A stretch of DNA of 63,737 nt, the filler included, from Squatina squatina (lineage: Eukaryota), in the NCBI GenBank assembly GCA_031763465.1. It is 3 parts of 3 records of this genome, joined end to end, with 100 filler letters (N's around TTAATTAATTAA, not from the genome) between each part and the next. Parts side by side here need not be neighbours in the genome. Positions count along the whole stretch, not along the records: positions 1 to 22,098 come from JARFOE010000016.1; 2 more parts are not named here. One strand, 5' to 3'. The notes beneath the pieces were generated by a model. It saw nothing but the letters and a program-made list of their open reading frames with translations, was not told where the DNA came from and did not search any database. The position numbers and the translations under genes were made by a program. Below are positions 1 through 12,700 of this stretch, one piece after another. How positions within the stretch are numbered: the first letter of the stretch is position 1; every line of letters starts with the position of its first letter.

Positions 1-1530
1 CTGTCTTTCATTTCTAGTTTTGTTTCTAGTTGGTACTGATATGAACCACAACCTCTGCGTGTTCACTCTCCCCTTTCAAAATATGAATATGAAATTTCTT
101 GTAAAACAAAATCATAATATTGATATTAAGTAAGCTTTATTGATCTCCCTCCCAGGAAAAAGCTTGACAACTAAAAACAAAACTGCTTATAAATGTTAAG
201 GAATATTTACAGTAAGCTCTTGAAAAACATGATAATGCATTAGTTTATGTAATTAGGGACATAAGGGAGAATTATTGGGAAAATCTGAGTTTCAAAAGTA
301 TCATAGAACATCTGTGGTTACTTATCAATGGTTATTCTCACATCCAAAACAGGTTTTCCTAAATCTGGAGAATTATTCAAATTCTCACCTCAGTTTCTGG
401 TAATGACATTCAANNNNNNNNNNTTTGTCAAGTTTTCCAGTGTAAGCTAAAGTGCTCAACAAATCTATTTTGTGAAATTAATTTTTCATATTGGATCATA
501 AGCTGCAGCCATGTTTATTGTCCTAAGAAACAAATTAAATTCAATATAGAATATCAAAACAGTATAGAAGTGGAAGAAAATTAGCAAAACACCAGGACTT
601 TGTCTGATTGGAATTTAAAAATGCATAAAATCTTGCATCCAATCCTCATTCTTCCACTGAATTCCCCAACCCCAAACTTGATTAAATCACAAATGGGATT
701 TACCCACCACTGCTTCCAATTTATATATAAATATGGTGCAATTTAGTACATCCTACTGCAAATAGCCTTTAAAGGCACATTTTTAAATGGAAAATGCAAC
801 CTTATGTCCTTGACTCCAAAATGTAAAATGTATAAATCTGAAAAAAAGAAATACATTTGTGCTGCCTGACAAGAAAGGATCCTTTCTGCAACTGTTTTTA
901 CTTAGGTCCATAAGGACTCAGTACAGCACTACCATGCACGTATATTCAGGTGTCTGTAATAGAGGCCAACAGCTGAAATAAATTACTTAGACAGATGAAA
1001 TTTGGCAGCATGATCGATAATTGGTACAAAAAGGATTGTATTGAACCACTGATCATTCCAACTTCAGTGGCAGTAAATAAAAAATAAAAATAACTATACG
1101 ATTAACTCAGAATTGTGACCATATTGTGGCTTGATCAATAACATGCAGACTGCACATGTAAAAAAAAGTACAAGGGCAATCTGACTTGGCTTTTCTTCAC
1201 ATCCTCCATATTTGCTCTGAAATGTAATCCCCAACGTACAGCAGTCACAACATTTCTGTAAGGAGAATTAGATAAAAACAGCTATAAATAAATCATTGCA
1301 CTACTAAACCAATATTTGATGGAGAAAATTATTTTAGTTTGTTTATTTCTAGTTTTCAACTGCCAGCCACTCATGAGTCAACTTTCAGGCACGCCTTTAA
1401 ATGAGCACCCATCACTCCCACCCAAAACAGGCAGGAGGCTGTTTAAATATGAAAATTAGGGTCTGACACATGAATAAGGGCCCCGATTTCAACTTTCAAT
1501 CTAGGTAAAGGATGCAGGGCACATGCCAGT

Positions 1531-1789
1531 TAGGGTGACCAGACATCCCGGTTTTGCTGGGAGAGTCCCGGTTTTTGAGGAAGTGTCCTGACACTTACCT
1601 CAAAAGTGCTCAAATGTCCCGGTTCTTCGCGCCCACTTGACTGCGCATGCGCAGTTCCGGCGAAGAGTGAACTCTGCCGAAGAACGTCCAGCGAAGAACT
1701 GACTGTGAATGTGCAGTTTAACCGAAGAACGGGCTGTGCCCCACAGCCTGATTGTCTCGGTTTGGTATTCTTCCGATCTGGTTACCCTA
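1531..1789. mobile_element. hAT (Blackjack-like) MITE
   Basis: TIRs TAGGGTGACCAGA / TCTGGTTACCCTA. CATGCCAGT flanks both sides (1522-1530, 1790-1798). Same family as the copy at 40692. Confidence 0.85.
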
Positions 1790-4359
1790 CATGCCAGTCC
1801 CACTTTCCCCCTGGCATGGAGGCGTGCCCCCGCCCCCGCTCGGGCCCAAGCGGGCTGTGTGCATAAGCCGTCCAATTGGCCTCCTCACCATCACCGGGGA
1901 ACTACTGTAGGGCACTTTTCTTTGGGCTTGCAGCTCACCAAAAAATGCCAATGAGGCCTAAGCCTGGCCCTTGTGCTGGGTGGGCACTGTTGGTGCATCA
2001 TGTCCATTCGTTGCCCCACCCAAAACTTTCTCTCAGTGCTTCTTTTTCTGATGNNNNNNNNNNNNNNNNNNNNNNNNNNNNNNNNNNNNNNNNNNNNNNN
2101 NNNNNNNNNNNNNNNNNNNNNNNNNNNNNNNNNNNNNNNNNNNNNNNNNNNNNTGTATCCATAATCATTGTCCTCTGAACTGCCGTTCAGATTACACTAG
2201 CAGGCACTGCAGCTTTGTAAATTTTAAGAAAAACAAAAACCATCAATAATTTGTGTATAATTTAAACATGTCAAACTATTCATAAATAAATAATGAAAGC
2301 ACTCTAATTTTAATATGTTTAGTCACAATACAAGAGATGGCCCATGCACTGGATTGTTTTGAATCAATTTTTTTAAACCTCATACATTTCTTATTCTCAT
2401 AATGAGAAGATTCACTGAGGTCTGTGAAAGTATGTGTTAGTGTAACAAAAAATCAGCTTTGTGCAATCGTATTTTTGAATGGCATACAGAAGAAAATAAT
2501 CAGCAGGCAGTTTGACCTGACTGATACTTTGCACTTTTGTAGAAACATATAAAACCAATAAATATCTTCAAAGGCTTTATATATTCCAGTCCAGCTAAAC
2601 CCTGCACTCATCTTTTCAAGGATTAATCTCTTGCTTTTGAATTGGTGACTTCAAGGTGGTGATTTTTTTTTTCCATTTTTTAAATCCCAAATTGCTGAAA
2701 CCACCCAGAGCCTTAACTAAGTGATTAAAAACATCACACTGCCTACAAATCTGAAATACTTCACTAAAGGTCAACTGAAATGCAATGAAGTGAAAGAATT
2801 TAAAATGTGGGTTGTGGATATAGCAACCTTTTTTAAAAAAAAAATACATGGTGGGGGAATATATCAGAAAATTGACCTAAGTTCAGTATATTCATTAATT
2901 TTGTGATTTTTCCTTCCGATCCTTATTTTTTTTTTCCTTGCTGTTGATTTTTTTTCTTTACAAGAAGTACCATTTCCGGTAAACCTTTACAGATTTGTTA
3001 TTCATAAGCAATGAGATGTCACATTTAAAATCACATTTCAGATGGCAATGTTTTTCAAAAGCAGCCATCATAATCTTTCCAGAAGGCTCTTTTAAAAATT
3101 TACAGAAACCTTTGGCCTAATCCCATGAGCCCTGCTCACACACATCTTATGATCTTATTAGCATCATATCTCTTGTAACCTGCTGTGCAAAATGCATGTG
3201 TATAGGGTTTCTCACTGCTGACCCTTTGAGGACTGAATTCAAATTTTAGTTTGTAGGGTGCACATACATTTACTGCAGTGCAAATCTTTGGTGGCATTTA
3301 GTGAGGCAAGGAGAAACACTAAAAAAAGGATTAATGTGTGCTTCACAGTGCTGGTATAAAATATATTAGAGAACTGGATCATGGAAGAGGCTGGATGATA
3401 TACAGCACTGGCCACATGTGAGAGCTGTACATTACTTAGAGACCCATTATCTAGTGTTCAAGTACATTATTTTCTAATGCATATGGCAAAGGTGGAAATC
3501 AAACACAAAAATCTATTCATTCCAAAAGCCCTTACATTTAGAATTTTGTAGAAGGAAAGTTAAGTGTATTTGATCTGTGCCAATAAATATACTCCAAGGT
3601 TAGGGTCCAAGATGTAAATACTTTTATCTTGGAATCCAAAAGATAGAATTAGGAATATGTTTACTAATGGACAACTTATGAAAACACAAAAGGCTGTGCC
3701 TATGATAGTAATAATGGATTTTATACCTTGGAAAAATAAAATTTTAAAAATCAAAAGGGTAGATGTTCCTCATATTGTGCTCAGGCACAAAGGATTACCT
3801 GGGTGAATCGCATAAAAGGAAAATCAGGCAGGGAGGATTGTACATGTATAATAGAGAGTGCACGATATTCAATCTAATTGAAATGAATTGAGGCAAAATT
3901 AGGCAGGCCTCAATTATCGGCGTTCAATCCTCTTTGCCTGATTTTCTTCTATGGGCTGCCTACAGCCAATCCCAAGGACAAGAAGAAAATCTGCCTCAAA
4001 ACATTTTTGTGGAATATAAAAGAAATCAGAAAGCACATGGCTGAGTACTTGTATTGATTGAGAGCTTTGGAAGGGGTAGATCTTCCTTACCAAAATTTTG
4101 AAAGGCTAACATACCAAATTAATGGAGAAAAGCCATATGACATAGTGGCCTAAAAATTCAGCCGCATTGCACCCATTTTTCGGGCACTTTTAAACGGCCT
4201 AAGTCCCCAAAATGGTGAGCAGGAAGTGCGCTACCTGCCATATTGGTAGAGGATGTCTCNNNNNNNNNNNNNNNNNNNNNNNNNNNNNNNNNNNNNNNNN
4301 NNNNNNNNNNNNNNNNNNNNNNNNNNNNNNNNNNNNNNNNNNNNNNNNNNNNNNNNNNN

Positions 4360-4617
4360 AAAGAGGTAGGTTTTAAGGAGCATTATAAGGAGGAGAAGTA
4401 GAGAGACGGAGAGGTTTCGGGAGGGAATTCCAGAGCTTCGGGCTTAGACAGCTGAAGGCAAGGCCGTCAAAGAAGGGACAAAGGAAACTGGGGATGCGCA
4501 AGAGGACAAAATTGGAACAATGCAGAGTTCTCGGAGAGTTTAGGGCTAGAAGAGGTTACAGGGATAGGGAGCAGCAAGACCATGGAGTGATCTGAACACA
4601 AGGATGAAAATTTTAAA
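4360..4617 (-). mobile_element. L2-clade LINE 3' region fragment
   Basis: Text such as GGGAGGGAATTCCAGAGC...GACAGCTGAAGGC is the reverse complement of a WNSLP-type ORF2 end typical of L2. Confidence 0.6.
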
Positions 4618-7557
4618 CGATCAGATCCATATAGAGTTAATAAACATAAAATAAGAGTAAAATGCTACAGAGGGAGGTTGATTAAATATGGCAAAAAGTG
4701 ACAGTTTTGACTTTTCAGTTCATATTCAATATATTATTATGCATACTATATTTTTCTACAGATATTTATGTATTAATAACAGATTAATATGCATGTTTAT
4801 GTATAAAGAAAATGCAATACTAGTATTTGATTCTAAGCATTAATATATTTTCAACATTTTTAACTCACCGACAAAGTTTTTTAAATGACCCTTCATAAGT
4901 GCCATTTACTGATTTGAAGAAATATTTAGTCACCTGTTATCACCAGATAGCACATTGTTCATTACCTCTGGCTAAGATACATAAGTAAACTATAAACGCC
5001 AGTATACATTTTTTAAATTGAGAGATTTAATAACAGGTTAGACAGTAGAAGAGTTTAATGCATCTTAATTATTAATCCCATACTCAAAGGTCAAAGAGGA
5101 TAAAAAGAAACTTAAATACACAGAATTCCATGCAGCTTCAGTCAGCAGCAAGCACTGCAACATCATGATCCAGTGATAAAAAGATGGCTATCTCTCTGAA
5201 GCAATACATGGGTGCTCTCAGTAAGTGGAAATTTTTCACTTTGAATTCTATAGATGAAATGATAAAAGCAAATTACTGCACTAAAGTAGATATTGAAGGA
5301 GCGATTTATGTATTGAATACAAGTTGTTTGAAGGCTGAAGTTTCCCTTTTCAGGGAGGAATAGCTTTAGACTAATGAACCACCCAAATAATACAATATAA
5401 AATATTCAATTTTAATAATCCAGTTCCATAAGATCCAATTCACAACAATATACACAAAATTGACAATATTGACAAAAAAGTCAGAATATGGGGAAAGTTC
5501 TACCCCAATGATGCTCCAATTCTCAGTCTTTGCCTCCATGCATTATTTTTTTCTGGTAGCAGACAATTTATACTTAACTAACAACCACTATTAATATTTA
5601 AAGAATGGCTAATAGTGGAAGATTGGATAGTTGATGCATGGCTTTNNNNNNNNNNNNNNNNNNNNNNNNNNNNNNNNNNNNNNNNNNNNNNNNNNNNNNN
5701 NNNNNNNNNNNNNNNNNNNNNNNNNNNNNNNNNNNNNNNNNNNNNGCGCCGAAATTGGGCATTAGACCCATAACGCCCATTCTACGCCCATTTAGCGCCA
5801 GCGCTGGAGAGCCAGCTGGGCGCCCCAAATCTTTACTGCACTGGAATTTGTACCTTGCTCATCAGTTAGTACATTTAGCAGTAAAATGTGGTCCAGTGCC
5901 AAGTTTTTCAAAAACGTATTAACTAATGGAAAGGCACAGAACCATGCCAGCAGAGAATGCAGATAAAGATCTGTGTCCCACAGACAGTAAACATGCGCAC
6001 AGTTCGACTGGGATTGTTTACAGCTGGAATAAATTTCCCCTCGCGGCAATGAGAGTCATCCGCAGAATGTGGGGCTGGGTGAAGGCCAGCCTGGGTAAGG
6101 AGGGAATGTCCATTCCCTGAAGGGCTTCGGTGAGTTGGGTTCCTAAGTTGATGATTCTTTCCTCACCATTTTCCAAATTTTAACAAATCTAATACTAAAG
6201 ATTACCCAATGCAAACTGGATAATGTTTCATAGACTTAAAACCTAGAGAGCTCAACCCTGCCATAGGAAGATGTCAGGAAACATTCTCAAATTGGGTTTG
6301 TGTTCTGCTCAATTTAGTACTGCAATCCACTGCTATACATTATACAAACACAGCATATTGCACAGACTACTGTCACATTACTATCAAAAGTGAGATTCTA
6401 ATAAATATTTAATTGTTTTAGTGTACAGTGTATTTGTAATGATGGAAGTTAAATATTTAATAAAAACGCTGAAAAGGAAAGTCATTCTGAATATTTCAGG
6501 GGCCATTTTGTGAAAGTTTATTTTATAATTAGCTATTCTTAAAAGGCTTTTATATTACATTTTCCTACCATCTTCATTTATGTTGGTCACTGTTGTGCCT
6601 TATGTTTCTCACCATTTTTTAAACTCTTATTCAGATCTGATTATTTATTTTACATAAATATATAAACAGAAAAACATCAATATTCAGCTTCTTTGCACAA
6701 TATGGTACTCTAATATGCAGTAGGTCACTAGACCATAATAAAGAGGAAAACAATACTGAAGATAAAATGATAAAAGATTAATGTACAGATTCTAACATCA
6801 CATTGCAAGTCAGAATGACATACAGCTGCTCTATGTCATCCAGTCAAGCTCCATAAGCCACTTCTCATTTACCTCTCAATCTTTTAATATCACTTATCTG
6901 AAGTTATGGACTACTGAAACCATTGCTGATTTGGAATCTTAGGTCATTCTCTTCTAACATGCCACAGTATAACTCCATTATCCAAGTGAACTCCAAAAGA
7001 TGCTTTAAATATATATAATTCACATTAATAATTATTCACGCTATTGATTTTTTTCTGGCCTTTTCAAACTGCAGCTCAAAATCACAAAATATCATTTGCG
7101 TGCAGTTTTCTAAAAATTTCAACTTCAAAACATATTTTTAAAAGGTACTTTAATGAACCTTGCCTTCTTTTTCCACAATGTATTTAAGTGTAATTGCATA
7201 ACAATGTTAAATTAAATCATACAGCTAAAGAATGCTCGGGTTGAAAGTGACAGTTTTTTAAAAACTCCATAAAATTTATACTTCTGTGGATGAAAAATTT
7301 ATCAAAAGATCAATGCCAGCAATTCTGGACTGAGTGTTTAACTGAGAGGAGTGCATATTTAACGTTTCACATTAAAGATACACCCTGCATACCCCCATTA
7401 CATTTTTGGGTCTCTTTTTTAACCATTCCCGCTTTAGATTTTTCAGCTTCCATATTTTATATTACTCTTTTAGATGACACCCAACTCCTCGAAAGTGTAT
7501 CTTCACGAATCCTGATGTCTAGGTAAGCTTTCTATAATGTATCCTCGTAACAAAAAG

Positions 7558-9000
7558 AGGGGGTGAACATGGCTAATACCTGAAAACGGCTGCCGGGATC
7601 ATGGTACATGATTAAACCGTTCCCGCTCATAGCGTTGCAGGCAGTGCATTAAATTCTAACTGCCTGCTCTTTTGAATAATTTCTGTATGCAGCCAGTGCT
7701 ACCCGCAGTTTATTGACTGCATGCATCAGCAGGGAGCCCGATATCACAAGTAGTCAGCTTGTACCTCTTTAGAGGGGAGGTGCATTATGGCTGCAACATG
7801 TGGTGGGAGTTTTTTTCAAAACGGAATCACTGCCATGATACTTTTAGAGCAATGGCTGAACATGCGAGAGAGCAAGGCAAGTATCAAGGGTTTCAGACAA
7901 TGCATTGGAGGCTTTGGTGGAAGAGGTGGAAACGAGGAAAGATGGCCTGTATTCGCAGAGGGCAGGAGGCCCTCTAGATATGCTCATGAGGCAGTGGGAA
8001 GAAATAATGGAGGAGGTCAATACCAGGAGTGTTGCTCATCGAACATGGATGCAGTGCAGGAAGAAGTTTCATGATCTTACATGAGTTGTCAAGGTGAGTG
8101 ACTTCATCTTCAAATGGCATATCCTACCAACTGCACCAATAGCCTCATCCACTGCTCAATTCACAGCACTCCCATCACTCATCTACCAACAATCTCTATC
8201 AATCAGGACTCAACCTTACCATTCATCTGCTTCACTTCACCGTTGGAAGCCTCACATCCAAAACTCTCAACTCACACATATGCTGGTAGCTATTCAAACA
8301 TGACAGCCACATCACCCAAAAATATTGCACGACACTCATTCTTGCAGGAAAAGGTGGCACATAAGATGGGACAACAGTAAAAAACTGGGAGGAGAGCAAG
8401 CGCCAATGTTCCCTGCAATTTTTTGGGGGTCTGCGGCCCATTCAAGGCTGCATGGACCATTCACAGCTTTAACATTGAAAAAGTCGGTTCCAGGCTGAGT
8501 GGGACCAGCAGAGAGCTACACAGCTGCGGGGCTTATAGAGAACGCTGACAAGCATGCCTGCATGTTTTAACACCCATAGAGGAGACAGTTCTGGCCAACA
8601 TGGGAAGGGGCATCGCTGAAGCCATAGCAACTGGCAGCGCTGAAGCAATTGATAAGGGTATCCGTATACTTAATTCTCCTTCTCTCATCCCACTTCTCCC
8701 TTATCCCTCAATCTTTTCTGACTTAGAAGCTGCAGTGGTGAAAGCACGCACTTCTTACCTTCTCCTCTCCCCTCACCACAACCCAATCTTTGTCCCTTTT
8801 TCATTTCAGACAACCAAGAACTGGAGCCTTCCCAGTCAGTGGAGGAAGAGAAAGAAGGCAGTGAAGATGAAGAAACACCATCACTTGATCTTACACTCAC
8901 ACCCACCAGTTCAGACACTGACACTGGGCATATTTTAGAGGTTAGGATAGAGAAGGGATCTGCACGTGGTGAGATACCGGGTACAAGTGCGCCGGGTGAG
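7558..9000 (+). mobile_element. Decayed PIF/Harbinger transposon carrying a 3-exon Myb/SANT-like gene
   Basis: ATG at 7852 gives MAEHARE, then after a frameshift SDNALEALVEEVETRKDGLY...RQWEEIMEEVNTRSVAHRTWMQCRKKFHDL. Donor AAG|GTGAGT at 8093. Exon 2 runs 8348-8657 (EKVAH...LTPIEETVLANMG). Acidic exon 3 starts at 8810. Stops and frameshifts present. Confidence 0.8.
8404..8547. mobile_element. Small hAT-like MITE nested in Harbinger exon 2
   Basis: Imperfect TIRs CAATGTTCCCT / AGAGAACGCTG and a degenerate 8-bp TSD (GCAAGCGC / ACAAGCAT). Removing it rejoins the GGEQA-CLHVLTPIEE reading. Confidence 0.65.
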
Positions 9001-9335
9001 GTCGTCACTAAGTCTGCTGCAGCGGAGTCAGATGAGGACTTCTGCAACGAAAGGATCGTGTGCTAACTTATTTCATGCCACCGATATTCATTTTCTATGG
9101 ATAAGTAATCTCTTGTGTCTGTCTCTGTTTTAAAAGAGCAAGTGGGGGAATATTAACTTCTGAAAATGTGTGGCTTTTAATGGTCTTTACTTTTTCTGAT
9201 TATTCTTGCAGGAAACCTAAAAGTGCAAACTTCTGGATCCTTCACATATATGCAATTTGTTGTCTACGCTGAAAGAGCTCTTTATTAGTTTTTCTCATCT
9301 CAAGCTTTATTCCTGGGTGATCTCTGCATTGAGTT

Positions 9336-9715
9336 ATGTCAACAGCTGCACTAATCACCTTGTGTAGATCTGGTGGCTGTCAAGTGAGAAGAAGAGCGCT
9401 GTTGACCTTCAAGCTGCTGCAGGACGAGAAACGTGTGGTTCTCCTTTGCCACAGCTCGACCAGCGATCGGAGGTCTTCGCGGTTTGATGTCGATGGCAGC
9501 AGCCGCCTAACACCCTGGGATTCCTTTGGAATCTGGGACAACCGCATCGATGAACCAATTCTGCTTCCACCCAGCATAAAATATGGCAAACCCATTCCAA
9601 ATGTCAGCCTGGGTAAAGTTGGGTGTGTCACTCAAATCGGCCTGCGCAAAGAAAATGAGGACCGTTTCAGTTTTGGAATGCTGACTGATAACGTGCTGTA
9701 TTTTGCAGTGTACGA
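9336..9715 (+). CDS. PPM1K: Protein phosphatase Mg/Mn-dependent 1K (mitochondrial PP2Cm), first coding exon, 3'-truncated by a gap
   Basis: MSTAALITL...[32 protein letters not shown]...[14 protein letters not shown]...LYFAVY(D) matches the vertebrate PPM1K N-terminus and PP2C motifs. Candidate acceptor TTCTTGCAG ends at 9211. Confidence 0.95.
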
Positions 9716-12700
9716 NNNNNNNNNNNNNNNNNNNNNNNNNNNNNNNNNNNNNNNNNNNNNNNNNNNNNNNNNNNNNNNNNNNNNNNNNNNNNNNNNNNNN
9801 NNNNNNNNNNNNNNNAATCAGGATCATTATTGTTTTTGGGATGGTGGGGAAAAAAATGATTCCTGCATTTGTGTAAACATAAAGAAAAGATAGGATTGGG
9901 CCAATTGTGATGCTCTCACAGTCAAATATTCTAATGACACTCACCATCTAGGGTCACAAATGAAAAATCGCACTTTGACAAGATACCAGAAGGCTGTTAC
10001 ACTGGTGGAAATGCGTCCATCCCCTCAGATGGGATGGGAAGAAACTAGGAGAAAGTTGCGTAAGATGGAAGAAAATAACAACTACAAGTAGCAATATCAT
10101 GTTGTGGATAGAAGGCTTTAGATAGCTGTGACCATCTTCAGGAGATGCACAGATAATTGAGAAACAAAATATGAATGCGCAGGTTGAGAGAAAAGAAATC
10201 AGAATCTTGGATTCAAACATGATGGTTCTAAAAGAGGCAATATTAACTCTCCCCACCCTCCCTCTCACATGCAAAATAGTTAGGTATAAAATAAAATTAA
10301 ATCAGGATTTTTTTTTTAATGTTATCAAATTTAAAGATGAAACAACAGCAAATTTGATTTTTAACACTTAGCCAGTTGTCTTGCGCTAAGTTGAATACAT
10401 TTTTTAATTACTTCAGATGTTCCATAAACTTTTTTTTTTATAGAAGTTTTCTTATTTACAGTTTTGTTAAATAATCTCAAGTCTGTAGTCCATTATAATT
10501 TTTTTAAGAGACCTGATACTAAAAATAACAATGAACAGTGTCTTATAAAACTAAGTTTATTGCAATGACTGGATTCTACACACATTCAAGCAGTTTTCAC
10601 ACTTGAAAAGAAAACTTGAAAAAACTATTCAAATTTAATACATAAATGTGTCATAGTCCCACAGTTTGAATGTGACAAAACAGCTGCATGCATTGGAAAA
10701 TTTAGATTTAAATTTAAAAATTAGGTTAAAAAGATATTGATCCAGTATTTATTCCTTGTAATAATATATTTAAATTTCTGATTGTATTGTCGTAACAAAA
10801 ACAATGGTCTATTTTGGTAAAAATGACACATTTTAATTTTGAAATCTGCAATCCCATTTTTTAACTTATTGTAATAGTTTCAGACAGATGCAGCCAGATC
10901 TAAATTATGCAATTCATTTACATATTCTAGTCGTAGGATACATGCAAATGAAGGTCATTTGCATAATGGATTCCTGTCATTGCTACAGCTCCTTTCTTTG
11001 CCTCCTATTCAGCAAGCTTTGATATCACAAACCAAGTTCTTTTTACTGAAAAAGGATTTTATATTGTACAACATGCCTCCGATTTGTAAAGGAAATTCCT
11101 TCAGTAACCATCAGAAATTACCTAAGTAAAGCAGGTAGCTATGTTCCAGCTTTTCTTTTCTTTTTAGCTTCTATTAATAATTGAGATTCATAGGAGCTGA
11201 AACTCATTGGTGTTCTGCACCTGGTTTGCAGGAGGTGCTCCCAGGGCGCTGAGGTTTTTTTTCCAGCTGGCAGTGCTGTTGGCGTCTCATGAGGAATTCA
11301 TGGGCTGTTTTGTGGAGGTGCCCAGAGGACGGGCCGGAGTGGTGAGGATATTGGTGCCGCACAGTCATAATGACATCGACACCGTGCGCGACGCCCCATG
11401 AGCGACTCGGCTAGATTTTCATGTTGCAAAACGTTAACAACGACAAAGAACACATATTTGACAGGGTTGAAATGAAAAGGTGCACCTATGTAGCATCGTG
11501 GATGCCCACATTGGTAATAGAGACAGTAATATAGCCTTATGGAGTGATGGTGAGGTGCCGTCATACCTCCTCCAACACTTACCATTGTCGCCNNNNNNNN
11601 NNNNNNNNNNNNNNNNNNNNNNNNNNNNNNNNNNNNNNNNNNNNNNNNNNNNNNNNNNNNNNNNNNNNNNNNNNNNNNNNNNNNNNNNNNNNTTCAAATG
11701 TTAGGTAAAGCGGTATGCTGATAATTACTTAATCAAATATGACAGAAGGGACTAATTTACTGATTATAATAAAGCCCGAGGGTGTTATGACAAAAATTTC
11801 TCTACAACTTCATTCCAGATTTTATTTAAATAGGCTTTGATTATTTATAACAAAATATCATTGCAACATATTGTAGCAGATGAGACTATAAAGCGTCGTC
11901 TCCCATCAGCTATAGTCCAATAAGCAGCCGATGCTGTTCCTGCTGCTGCTGCGGGCTTCCCTGCGCCAGCACGGCAGTAATGCCAAGCTATTGGTGTGTT
12001 TACCCTTTGGGAATGTTAACTGTAATTCTTCAGCTTTTAAAATCAATTAACCCTTATGTTAATTAGTGTCAAGTCTATAGAAAGCCGCCGCAAATGGCAA
12101 GAGCTGGCACACTGCCATCCATTCACTGGCAGCGCCACAGCTCTCTTGATAACAGCGGGTATGCTAGGGCCCGTATGTACGTCTGTCAGAACTGTTGAGC
12201 CAAGGGAGATTATCCAGACCCCTACAGCAAACACGAAGTCATATCTGAAGGCGCAACTGGCAGGATTACCATGCGCTCCACTGTAAATCCTTCCTCAGAG
12301 GACATGTTTCAAGTTGAAAACAAGGATGTGTGCACTGTCTGTGTTTAATCATCTTTTGCTTGGCCGTGCAGAAGCGACTGCGGATACTTTCCCCCCTTCG
12401 AAGACAAAAGCCGCCATGCCATCGACTGCCTTTTCGAAAGATGCCAGGAGATGAGAAAACAGTAGCAACGACATGGTGCCAGGGGCAATATGGCCAACTG
12501 TCAAAGCATGAGCCAGTGTTTTGTTCGATGTCGACTTGTTTTCTATTCAAGTTCGTTTACAAAAACAATACCAAAAAAAACAAAGGAACTATTTTGGAGT
12601 AACGATTTCTATCCGATGCCATGGGGAATGACAGTGAACCAAGCGTACATGTCTGCATGGTACTGCCACTTGACAGAGAAAAAACAAGGAATTGTGCAAA

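Noticed and set aside
4868-4932. Minus-strand candidate exon (VTKYFFKSVNGTYEGSFKKLC) before a GTGAGT donor
   Set aside because: Poor polypyrimidine tract and no recognisable homology.
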